Below are positions 29,901 to 40,425 of a stretch of 64,000 nucleotides of DNA, one piece after another. The translations under genes and the position numbers were made by a program. The DNA lies in the NCBI GenBank assembly GCA_039621445.1, contig CP154954.1, positions 4,578,714 through 4,642,713 on the forward strand, read 5' to 3'. Position 1 is the stretch's first letter; every line of letters begins with the position of its first letter. Under the pieces are notes generated by a model. The model was not told the DNA's origin. It did no database searches and was given only the letters and a program-made list of their open reading frames with translations. Source of the DNA: Euglena gracilis. Its lineage: Eukaryota.

Positions 29901-31473
29901 CTTTCCAAACCATCACAAATCATTTGGCCCACTACAACCTGGGTACGGGACAAAGTAGGGTTGGGAGGTCGGAGACGCCCCAAGCCTTTCACCCCAACAA
30001 TGAATGAGAAAACTTAATTGAACATATTGGGAAACAATGTCTGTGATATTTGCCGAGGACAACAACGGAGGTTCGAGGACAGTTTCCACAGCTTCCCAGG
30101 CAGGGGCTGAAAATGGATAAACAAAAGGCACTGGGTCAGCAAAAAAGGTGTGGCTAACCTTTCTAATTTCTGCCCCCCAGCCCGGCACAGCTTGAGTTTT
30201 CTTGTTTTGATAAAAAAGTTTTTGTGAAAAAAAATTAAAAGGCAACTTTTTTGGCTTCGTTTTGAACGAGCTGCCACGGTTTGGATGGACAAGCATTCCA
30301 AAAAAAGACTGCCAAAGGGGAACAAAAAAAATTGGGAAGTCCCAAAAACTTGCAAAAAAGTTCTAAAACTGCCAGACCGCGAAGTCCCAATCTCTGACAA
30401 ACAACTTTTTTTTTATTTTCAACAAGCTTCCAAATATTAATCCAAAATATTTTGCAAACGTGCCAAAAATTATGCCAAAAATCCCGGAAACTGTGAGTGT
30501 TAGTTAACTACTGGCCTCCCCAGCCGGCGGCTAAAGGCGGCGATTGTGGTAAACACGGCCATTACCCCGGCCTATCAGTATGTAGTGTTTGGGTGTTTGA
30601 TCCTTGGGCAGACAGACAGTCTCAAAATCCTTGAAGATGTGCCTGGGGGCTCCAAAGCAACAAACGAGGCGAAAAAGGCAAGTCTGCATACTAAACCAGT
30701 GCATTGGGAATTATTGGCTCGCGCCTCTCCCATCTCCCATCTCCCCCACTCAGTCCAGGTTCAAAAAAAATTGACCCCAAAATATGCCTTTCTTTTTAAA
30801 AAATGCAGCAATGCATCATCTGCCCCACCCCGCCAAAACATCGTCCAAACAATGCCATACTGGTCGCAAATATCAATGTACTCAAAAAAAAACAGTTTAC
30901 TGTTTCTTGGGGCCTAGGTGGTCATTTTCACCACCGGTGGGGAGGGAGCCCAAAACGGCATCTAACCCCCCCCAAATTACCTGGCGGGGTGCCAGGTTAT
31001 TGGAACCAATTTATGGCCCTTCCCCCCTGCCAGGTTATTTGGGCCCTTGTTTTCAGTGCCGTAAAAAATTTTGCCTTAAATGGGGGGTGCCAAGTTATTG
31101 GAACCATCTTTTTTGCCCCTCCCCCCACCAAGTTATTCAGCCACTACCAGGAGCAAGGGCCCCGCAGGCTATTTGGGAGGTTTACTGCTGGCTCGTAAGG
31201 ACCCAGCACCACGTAAAACTGCCAAAATCATCTACATTGGGGGGGATGGGGCATCTGAGCTTCCGTCACATTGGCAAAACGCTTTATTGGACTGTGGAGA
31301 AAACCGATTGCATGGGAAAAAAGGCAACAAAAGATGTGATTCTGCTCACTGGTGACACCCTGTGCACCCGTAATCTGTTCGCAGGGTGTAATCTGTTCGC
31401 AGAAGTGCCTGGTGACCGGATTTGGGCGTTTACGGGAGCGCCACAGCACACCCATGAACACCCAAAATTCACC
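2958..31473 (-). CDS. Multi-exon host gene of unknown function; limits approximate and possibly more than one gene
   Basis: Many 80-200 bp GC-rich islands that read as plausible protein on the minus strand, several bounded by AG acceptors and GT/GC donors in phase 0. Confidence 0.6.
3036..3530. repeat. Compound (TG/CG/CA)n microsatellite
   Basis: Seen directly. Confidence 0.95.
5185..5305 (-). CDS. Host exon [32 protein letters not shown]...
   Basis: ccacag acceptor at 5306; donor position approximate. Confidence 0.55.
5878..5973. repeat. (TA)n-rich tract
   Basis: Seen directly. Confidence 0.9.
9655..9870. repeat. (CA)n and (CAC)n microsatellites
   Basis: Seen directly. Confidence 0.95.
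10182..10347. repeat. (TGTGG)n microsatellite
   Basis: Seen directly. Confidence 0.97.
11700..11819 (-). CDS. Host exon VPRAGAVRH...LAWAVQ (40 codons)
   Basis: gag acceptor; candidate GC donor (CAG|GCTGCC); phase 0/0. Confidence 0.6.
13968..14045 (-). CDS. Host exon [26 protein letters not shown]
   Basis: cccag acceptor; candidate GC donor (GCACAG). Confidence 0.6.
16130..16272 (-). CDS. Probable host exon [32 protein letters not shown]...
   Basis: GC-rich helical-looking frame; boundaries approximate. Confidence 0.5.
17580..17717 (-). CDS. Probable host exon [20 protein letters not shown]...ALAVLR
   Basis: GC-rich, protein-like frame after a ggcag acceptor; boundaries approximate. Confidence 0.55.
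18148..19036. repeat. (TATG)n microsatellite, about 890 bp
   Basis: Seen directly. Confidence 0.98.
20085..20563. mobile_element. MITE with GAAAAATTGCG subterminal repeats
   Basis: TIR CAG(G)nAATTGATATC; near-perfect 7-bp flanks GCAAAGG/GCGAAGG. Confidence 0.7.
20686..20969. mobile_element. hAT-type MITE, copy 1
   Basis: CAGGG...CCCTG termini; perfect 8-bp TSD CTTGGAAC. Confidence 0.9.
21945..22070 (-). CDS. Probable host exon [42 protein letters not shown]
   Basis: Manual translation; boundaries approximate. Confidence 0.5.
22258..22456. repeat. (GGAT)n microsatellite
   Basis: Seen directly. Confidence 0.98.
24536..24634 (-). CDS. Host gene exon [11 protein letters not shown]...TVKVAQ (33 codons)
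   Basis: ccag acceptor, GTGCCC donor, phase 0/0. Confidence 0.7.
24653..24930. mobile_element. hAT-type MITE, copy 2 of the same family
   Basis: Highly similar to 20686-20969; perfect 8-bp TSD GTTCCTGT. Confidence 0.9.
25975..26100 (-). CDS. Host gene exon TIVMVVSAY...ATISDLK (42 codons)
   Basis: cacag acceptor, GTGTGC donor, phase 0/0. Confidence 0.7.
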
Positions 31474-33971
31474 TGTGAACACTGAAAAAACGAAATTCGG
31501 TAGGATGCAGGTCCCGTTAAACCTGGCCTGTGAGTTTGGGGAACGGTTATAAGCCAAAATCAGGGTTTACCCAAGCGTAGAAACAGGGGGCCCCCGTTTC
31601 CACACCGGGAATTGTGGGTGAACCCCGATATTTCTCATGAATCATAACAACAACAACAACAAACAAACCATGGCTGACCCAAATTTCAGCCTGAAACCAG
31701 GTTCAGCAGGAAATGGTTTGTTTCCACCTTCCCATTCAACAGACATGTTCCATTCTGTTCTGGCAGTGTGCTTGTGAGGTACCAAGCGACCGAAGGTTGA
31801 CCCCTTTATGGGAATTTAAAGCAAAACAAACAAAACCCCGTTCTGTCTCCTAACTCCCAAAACAAACATGAGTTCACAAAAAATAAGTGATAATTCGCGC
31901 CGAGGGGTCAAACCCCCAAGGGGGGGATCCACCTCGGCGGAGTGCCAGAATTTCCCAATGGAAAAGAAATTGGTGTGGTGCGGCCGTGCCGAGAGGGGTC
32001 AGTCCACAAGGGGGGGGGGGGTGATCATTTTGCCGTGCCGAGGGGTCTGACCCCGGGGAGGGGTTCCAAACCTCCAAAAATTGAAACTATCAAAAGCCCG
32101 AAATTCGGCAATTTATACAAAAAAAATACGTAAGCCAATAATTAAAACTAGGCAGCCCATGAATCATAATCATAATCATATTTGCCCAATTTCCCCCCCA
32201 TTTTCTCGCCTTGGAAGGCGCAAAAAAATGTTACCGCCCAGCCACGCCTTGGGGGGGGTCAGAGGACCCACTTTTGGGGGGTCAATTTTGAGGTCAAAAA
32301 ATGGCCAAAAAATGGCCAAAAAAATGGCCAAAACCCATCCTCCAACCCTTGGCCTTGGGGGTCTAGCGGAACTCCCCCCCAACACCTCCCCCCTCCCCCT
32401 CCAAACTTTTAAAAAAAAATCCTGGTAGGCCACCCTTTGGCCAGAGAAAACCTCTGATTGTCGGACACAAAAGAGTTTCACAGCACACCTGAAAACAAAG
32501 AACAGCATCATTTGACTTTAACCCCTTTGCCAAAGTTGGCAAGGCGCACGGGAAGGTAAAAAAAAAACAAAAACAAAAACATAAAAAAAAAAAAACAAAA
32601 AAAAACATTAAAATAAAAAAACAAAAAAAAAAAAACAAAAATTAACACAGAACAATAAAAAAAAAAAACCCCCTTTGCAAAGATGGCAAGTAGGCAGGGA
32701 AGGTAGCAGCAATTGTAAGCATTAATAATGAGCCGATGCAAGACAAAGGAACAACTACATTCTGCATGTTTGCCATGTTCTGGAAAGGCCACAAAGAGTC
32801 TTTCTATGCTTCAAAAATCAGGTGCTACGTTGATAAAAAGAAATTTGTTTGCCCAGTCGTTGGTGCAATTAAAAACAAATGATGCTTTTTGTGCCTGTTT
32901 TTTTGGGTGTTAGCCTGTTTGGGTAACACCTGTTTGGGTGTTTGGGTTAAGGAAATCCTAATTTGGCTTAGCACGTTCCGACCCTCACCCCCCCCCCCCA
33001 TTTGGCTTATGGCCAGGCTCCTTCAGACGGTGCAATGACGTAGACAGGGGGGGGGCAGTGGGTAGTCGGCCGACTAGTCAGCCGACTACCCAATTGGTCG
33101 GCCGACTGGGCCTGGTCGGTAGCTAGTCGGCGAGACAGGGGGGGGGGGGTGGGTAGTCGGCCGACTACCCACTCTAATGTACTGACGGGCCAAGTTCGCC
33201 GACTTTTAAGCCCCCCCACTGTGAACAAATTCCTCACACTGAAATGGTCCAGATGGGGTCAAATGAGCATCCTGCACCAATGCAATCAACCACAGCAGAA
33301 AATGTAAGGTCCGTGGGGAGGGTGGTTTGGGTTTGTGGGACTCCAAAGGGGTAAAACAGATTGATAGACAAAGATTGCATGAAAATCCTTTGCAAATGAC
33401 AGTGTTCTGCACCTTGAGGGCAGAAAATTCCTCCACCACCCTCACCACCACACACCCCCCAACCGCACCCCCCCCCCTCTGCTGCCCCCCCCCCTCAAAA
33501 AGCGAAATCCCTTTGTGCAGGCAAAATCCCTTTATGTGGGCAAAATACTAGGCCCCCCGAACCCCCACCCTCAAATAACAAAATCGCGGCTATTTTGACT
33601 GGGTCATTAAGTCATTTTGATTGGGTTTTCCTGCCACCGTATGGAAAATCTCATGGGCAAGCGCTCGGCCAAAAATGGTCACCTGGACCGCACCACTGTT
33701 TCGGTGTTGGGTGTCCCTCACCCTCCTGGACCAGAGGGTGACAGTCGCCCCAAACCTGCCCTTAGCTCTGGTCTATTGGGGGGTGGGTTGCGCCATGGGT
33801 CAGATTTTGGCCCGGCCAAAGGCTGAGCAGAATTTTTTTAAGCCTTTTCGGCCGATTCTGGCTGGGTTTTGGGTGGTGGGTGGGTGGGGAGGGGGGGGGG
33901 TTGTGGGTGTGTGTTTGGGTGGGGGTGGGTGGGTTTTTGGAAAAAGTGGGTGGGTGGGCTTGAGCCCCCCC

Positions 33972-34390
33972 CATAGTGGGCATTTTTTTTGTTCTTTTTT
34001 TAAAAAAAAACCAATGTGTTTTTTTTAAAAAAAACAGTTAAAAAACATCAAAAAAAAACAAAAGAAAAATTTCATTGAAAAAACTCGTTATGAAACTCCC
34101 AAACCATACTTTGAATCCTACTAAGTTCAAAAACTGCCAAAAATGGTCAAAAACATCCAAAAATGCAACAAAATGGAATTTTATAACTTTTTTCCATTTT
34201 TTTTGTGCAAGGAAATTTTTGGCAGAAATTACCCAAAAGCTGCCAAAAATCATTGAAAATGTGCATTCAAAAAATTTTCCATGCAAAACCCACTGGGTGT
34301 TTTTTTTGTTTTTTTTTAAAAAAATTGTTAGAATTTAAAACAAAAACAAAAAAACAACGTCAAAAAAAAAAAACAGGTCGGCCCACTATG
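33972..34390 (+). mobile_element. P-element-like MITE, second copy
   Basis: CATAGTGGGC termini; internal sequence homologous to 52696-53109; TSD degenerate. Confidence 0.75.
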
Positions 34391-36029
34391 CCCGCCCCCC
34401 CCGCTTTCTGAAACCACCCACATATCACCCTCACCAGGTTTTGAATAGTGCTGAGCCCTTAATAGGACTTGCACGTAATGGAAAGACGAAAAGACTGGCA
34501 CTGCAAACTTCGTGTAAGTTAAGATTTACAAAGCCCCGGGGGATCGAAAAACACTCATTTTCGGCTCAAAAAAACAGCTTTTCTGGGTCCGGGAGGCCAA
34601 AAAAAGCATTGTTTCGGGCAACAAATTTTTTTCGATTTTTTCGACTTTTTTGACCCGTTTTTGACCCAAAATCCACAGTTTTCAGCCCAAAAACAGGGCA
34701 CTGTGGGGTCGAAAAAGGCTCATTTTCGGCTCAAAAAAGCAGGTTTTCCGGGTCCGTGAGGCCAAAAAACATCGTTTCGGGCAAAAAAAATCAATATTTT
34801 TCGACACAAAAAATCAAAAATGGCCAAAAAAAAGTCAAAACAGGCCAAAACTGTACATAATGGCCAAAATTGGCCGAAAAATGGCCATAACTTGGGCACT
34901 GTGGGGAAATCAAAATATCGTTAGATAGGGTATTTAAAGGGCTTCAACTCAGATCTCTGGACATCTCCTTTGATTCCCCACCATTTTTGAGAAAATTTAG
35001 AAAAATTGATTTTTTGGCCCCAAAAAAAACAGCCAAAAACGGCCAAGTCGGATGCCTGCCGCGCTGTTTTGGGCCACATTTCAGGCCATGCAGGGAGTTG
35101 CGGGGAAATCAAAATACCGTTAGATAGGCATTGTAAGGGCTTTAATTTATGTCTCCGGACATTTCCTTTAATTTTACTTCATTTCAAACATACTTTGAAA
35201 ACAACCCAAATGGCCCTGAAATGGGCCAAAATTGGCCGAAAAATGGCCGTAACCCAGGCTACACGAAGAGTTTGGGGGGAAAGTAAACCATGGTTGGATA
35301 GAGTGTTCCAAGGGCTTCATTTTTGCTGTCAAACATGTTTTTTTTGTTTAAAAAAAAACAAGCGCTCAAGCTTGGGATCGGCCCACAGTCGCCAAAGGTC
35401 GCCAAAGGTCGCTATGGTCGACCCCCCCCAGGCTATGGAGTGGGTGGCGACCCCAGAAACCCCAGTGGGTCGACCCAGGGTCGACTTAGGGTCGGCCCAC
35501 TCCACGACCTCCCCCCCCCACCACCCTAGAGTCGACTTAGGGTCGGCCCACACCACGACCTCCCCCCCCCCTTCAAAAAGAAAAAAAGGAAATTTTCGGG
35601 CCATTTTTGGGGGACAAATCCCTTGTGTTACCCACCCATTTTGGGGGGCAATCCCTTGAGTAACCCAACTGACTTGGGGGGCAAATCCCTTTTGTTGCCC
35701 AACTGTTCGAGGGCCCCCAAATAACAAAATCCCTTGTGTAACCCAACTGATTTGGGGGGCAAATCCCTTTTGTTGCCCAACTGTTCGAGGGCCCCTATAT
35801 CAAGAAAGACCCCCCAACACGGACTTTGTCCTGAGTCCGGTGGGGGGGGGGGCACGGACTTTGTCCGAAGGACAAAGTCCGTGCCCCCCCCACCGGACTC
35901 AGGACAAAGTCCGTGTAGGGGGTCTTGCTTTAAGTCCGTGTACTACCCCCCCTCCGACTCAGGACAAAGTCGGTGTATCCTAATGAGGAACATTAGTGTC
36001 GCTCAGGGTACACTTGTCTTTGTCTTCAC

Positions 36030-36475
36030 AGCTCCATGTTGCCCGCACAAGTCGTAAACGTCGCTGAGGTTGTCTTGGGACCTTTGCCAACACCCGCAAA
36101 GTTGTTGGCAGGGTTGAAGGTGGCAGTTGAACCCCAGAACACAGAAACTACGGACACAGAGCTTTTAGGGGATGTTTTCACCCAAACGGTGCCCGAGCCC
36201 AGGGCAGCGTCAAAAATCAGAAGGGGGGATATACCGCCTCGCCAATTTTCAAAAAGTTTGCGAAATGCGAGGCTATGCCACCACTGATTTGGATGACTAC
36301 ATGGTGGTGTTTGCAAAGTGGGTGCTTTCGGTACACGCTTTGCATGACACAGAAGCTGAGAGGATTGCGACAAAGGCACAAAGGCAGCTTCCATGTCAAC
36401 GGGCTGGGGTGCCCATGCACGAATGGGCTCCGCAAACGTTGACATCGTATGTCAACGCATTGGCTGTGCTTGCCC
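36030..36475 (+). pseudogene. Coding relic, possibly the N-terminal domain of a tyrosine recombinase or Crypton
   Basis: YRLANFQKVCEMRG..DLDDYMVVFAKWV...WAPQTLTSYVNAL; no catalytic motifs seen. Confidence 0.3.
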
Positions 36476-38664
36476 CCGGGATCGGGGCGGGGGGGGGGGG
36501 GGTTGTGGGCAGACCCTAGGGTCTGCCCACGGTCGCCAAAGGTCGCCAAAGGTCGCTATGGGTATTTCCTACTCAGTCTTTTTTGCATTGTAGCGGCGTA
36601 GGCAACTGTTCCAGGGCCCTAAAAAAAAAATCCCTTGTGTGTGCAACACCTTTTGTGTGTATGTTGCGCTAATTTGCCGTGGAGCGCATTTTTTGACATC
36701 GACCTGCCCACGACCTTTGGCGACCATGGCGACCTTTGGCGACCCTAGGGTCTGCCCACAACCCCCCCCCAGGCCAAATCTACCCCCCGCTGTGCTATAC
36801 AAATCAACAAAAACCAAGAATCCCATCGTCCCCAAAGCAAAATGCCATTTTCCAAAGTTCGTTACATTTGTGAACACAACATCACGGCTGAAAATTTTGG
36901 AGTTCGATTCCGTTCGTTCTATGCACTTCGATTCGGGCCGTTCTATGCCCCCTCCCCGCAACAGTTGGTGTTGTCCTCGTTGCGACGGCCGGGAGATGCC
37001 TCCCTTGCCAGCTTGTGGTCGAGAACATGAAGCGAAAGCAATGAGGGGGACACCAACTGTCTGCTACCGTTTTTTCCCTTGGAGACATTCAGTGGCACTA
37101 CCAGGTTTTTACGGTAGCTGCTCCCTATTCCCTCCCTGGCGCGTCACAACAGCAAGAGGATACCAGCCCCCCCCCCCTCTATTTGGCCGCCCTGCGGGCG
37201 GCCCGGACCCCCCTTCCAGCCAATTAGGGGGGACAATTAGGGGGGGGGGGTTACCCCTAACCCCCCCCCCTAATTAACCACCTGGACCCTGTCCTTTACA
37301 GTCGCGAACCCCCCAAAACCCCCGAATAAAGACATTTTCCCTTGAAATGAGTACCCCCCTAATTGGCCACCTGGGCTCTGGCCAATTAGGGGGGGGGGAC
37401 ATATAGGGGGGGGGGGTTGGTAATTGTTCTGGGGCTCCATTTGCATTAGTCCTAGTGGTGGAAACATCAAGGTGGCCATTGGTGGAAATGGGGGGGTACA
37501 CCGGACTCAGGACAAAGTCCGCGCCCCCGCCCCCCGGACTTTGTCGCCCTTGAGTCCGTCGTTGGGTACGCCGACTTTGTCCTGAGTCGGAGGGGAGTGT
37601 ACACGGACTTAAAATAACAAAATCCCTTGTGTTACCCACCCATTTTGGGGGGCAAATCCCTTGTGTAACCCAACTGATTTGGGGGGCAAATCCCTTTTGT
37701 TGCCCAACTGTTTGAGGGCCTCCAAAATCCCTTGTGTAACAACTGATCTGGGGGGCAAATCCCTTTTGTTGCCCAATTGTACGAGGGCCCCTAAATAACA
37801 AAATCCCTTGTGTTACCCACCCGTTTTGGGGGGCAAATCCCTTGTGTAACCCAACCCCGGGCCCCAAAATAACAAAATCCCTCGTGCTGCCCTAACGTTT
37901 TGGATGGCAAACCCCTTTGTTGCCCAGCTGTCCCAGGGCCCCAAAATAACAAATTCCCTTCTATGTTGGCAACATACTTGGGGGCTACCATCCCCCCCCC
38001 CCCCCCCGCATACCACCCCCCCCCCATATTGTCCCCCCCCCATATTGTCCCTCGGCCCGGCCGACGAGGGGTTTTTTTGGCTCGGTCAATGAAATTTCCT
38101 TTGGTACCCCCATATTGTCCCCCCCCATATTGTCCCTCCTTCCGAAGGGAACCTTCAAACCGACGGAAGACAGGATTTTGAGACAACAACTCCTCTGTGT
38201 CAAAAACTGTGTTTGGGCCAAGAGTTAGGGGGAGCCCAGGGGCGGGGACCGCGGCGCCGAAGGGGCCGTGGTCGCCCCTGGGCCCCTCTAAAACCTTGGC
38301 CCAAAACACTGTTCTTGTTTGAAACCGTGTTTTGGGCGAAGATTTAAGACTTTTAAAGTCTCGAAATCGGCCCAAACACGGTTTCAAGCACCGAAATAAT
38401 CATCAAACCATGGACAAGAGTGATCACTTTCTTCCCTCCGTGTTGAAACGACCTCCAATTGCCATCTCTCTTGGAACCTCCTCAACCCCGACTGATGCCA
38501 CGAGGATGATTCTGTAGAGGATTCGAGGTCCCACTGGGCCCCACTCTCTTCGGTAGAAGCGGAAAGACTACTTTCTGTGATGGAATCCCCACTCGAAATG
38601 GAAACAGAAATTCCATCAAAGGACGATGTTGCCTCGTCGACAACACTGCACTGGGCAGTTCTCT

Positions 38665-39170
38665 GGAGGCTAGGCGCGCCGCTCGGGGGGGTCCGGGACC
38701 CCCCCCCCTCCCCCCCCCTGCGCGGCCCCTGCGCGGCCGCCCGCGCGGCCGCTCGCCCCCCCCTGGACCCCCCCCCTCCCCCCACTGTGCCTAGCATAGC
38801 CAAGAAAAAAAATTTTGGTGAAAAAATCGCGATTTTTTGAGGCCCAAAAATGACCAAAAATGACCATTTTCGGACACAAAACGGCAAATTTGGGGGCCGC
38901 GCGCTCTGCGCGCGGCCAAAAAAAGCATTTTTTTGGTCAAAAATGGCCAAAAATGGCAAAAAATGACCACTTTTTGGACCCGAAAATCACCGATTTTAGG
39001 AGGGCGGCGGGGGGGAGGAAAGGGCAAAGATCAAGATGCGATCGGAAGAAGAGGAACAAAAAAAAACAAAAAAAAAAAAGAAAAAAAAGAAAAAAGATTA
39101 GAGGACACGAACGCGCGGCGCTCGCCCCCCCCCCTGGACCCCCCCCCTCCCCCCCCTGTGCCTAGCCTCC
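38665..39170. mobile_element. GGAGG-ended MITE with 3-bp TSD
   Basis: TIR GGAGGCTAGGC; TSD TCT. Confidence 0.85.
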
Positions 39171-39994
39171 TCTGAGTTTCTTGTGCACCTCATCAAAAGA
39201 GAATTTCATGTCTGTCAAAGGCCAAGGTGGGCAATTTCAATTTCTTTTCTGGGGGGGGGCAGATTCTGATGAAAAAACCCTCTCCAGGAGGCGAATCGGG
39301 GATGCCCTCGTCCTCCACGTTGCACAGCTCCGCGTAGCTGTCCTCCAAAGCATTATCACAAGAAAAGTGTTCCATTTGTCTGCAGAGAGGCAAAGAAACA
39401 AGGATGAAAAGCGGAACAGAAAGGTGAAAAACATTCCATGTAAAAATGTAAAAAATCTAAAAAAAATTGGTGATACATATGCGATACATTAAAATATTTT
39501 TGGTGATACATATATACATATATATGATACAGTAATACCGTAATTTGGTGACACATATATGTGATACAGTAAAAAAAATTTGGTGATACATATGTGATAT
39601 CATTAATTTTTAGGCTGTGATACGTGTGATACGTGAAAAAAAATTTTGGTGATGCATTCTAAATGGAGGTCTGCTTGGAAGCTTTCAAGCCCCCCGAAGG
39701 GTGGCATAACGGTAGTGATTTTTTTTAAAAGATGGAGTTGAATGTAACAAAAATGATCGTGGCAATTTTTGACGTTGTGTCACTAAGGTTGTTTCGATTA
39801 ATCGATTTTTTGATTAATCGTTCGCCACCCCTTGATTAATCGTTCATTCGGCCAGGGGGTGATTAATCGAAATAATCGGTCTTCCCAAAGAAACCATTGA
39901 AAAAGCAGTGCAGGAAAACACTTGGGAGTGATAATTTTGGAGGCTCTATCTCACAGAAATGTCACTGCGCGTTGCTTTGTTTTGGGGGAGACCC

Positions 39995-40425
39995 GTTGGA
40001 AAACAAACGGGATACACTCATACGCACCGACATCAGAGCACAGATGGAACAGTCATCCAGCTTAGCGCGCAAGTCGCTATGCAGGAGACCATGGTGAGAA
40101 AAACTGCGCTCAACACGGCCACTTCCTCAGCCTGTGCAATTTTGGGAGGGGGTTGCTTTGCATGTGCCAGCTTTGGCCAACGTTGCAATTGCAATTTTCA
40201 GCCTTGGTGCTTCAGAAGCAGTGATGGCCAGAAGGCCATTTTGGGTCACCCATTGCCCCACCTCCCGTTTCAGCTGTGGCAAAATATCATCCTCATGACC
40301 CATTTTTTTTCAGTAAGGGAAGGCAGTGTGAGGTCAAGCGGCGTTCAGCTTAGCCCTGTCGGCTGATGTCCAGGAAGAAAGGTCAGATGTTGGTGAGAAT
40401 GCACGTGCCAATAAGAAAGGGATCC
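39995..40425 (-). pseudogene. Degraded hAT transposase 3' end with an internal inversion
   Basis: Minus strand gives LKREVGQWVTQNG and VERSFSHHGLLHSDLRAKLDD; the intervening QFWEG..PALANVAIAIFSLGASEA lies on the plus strand (about 40120-40223). Confidence 0.8.
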
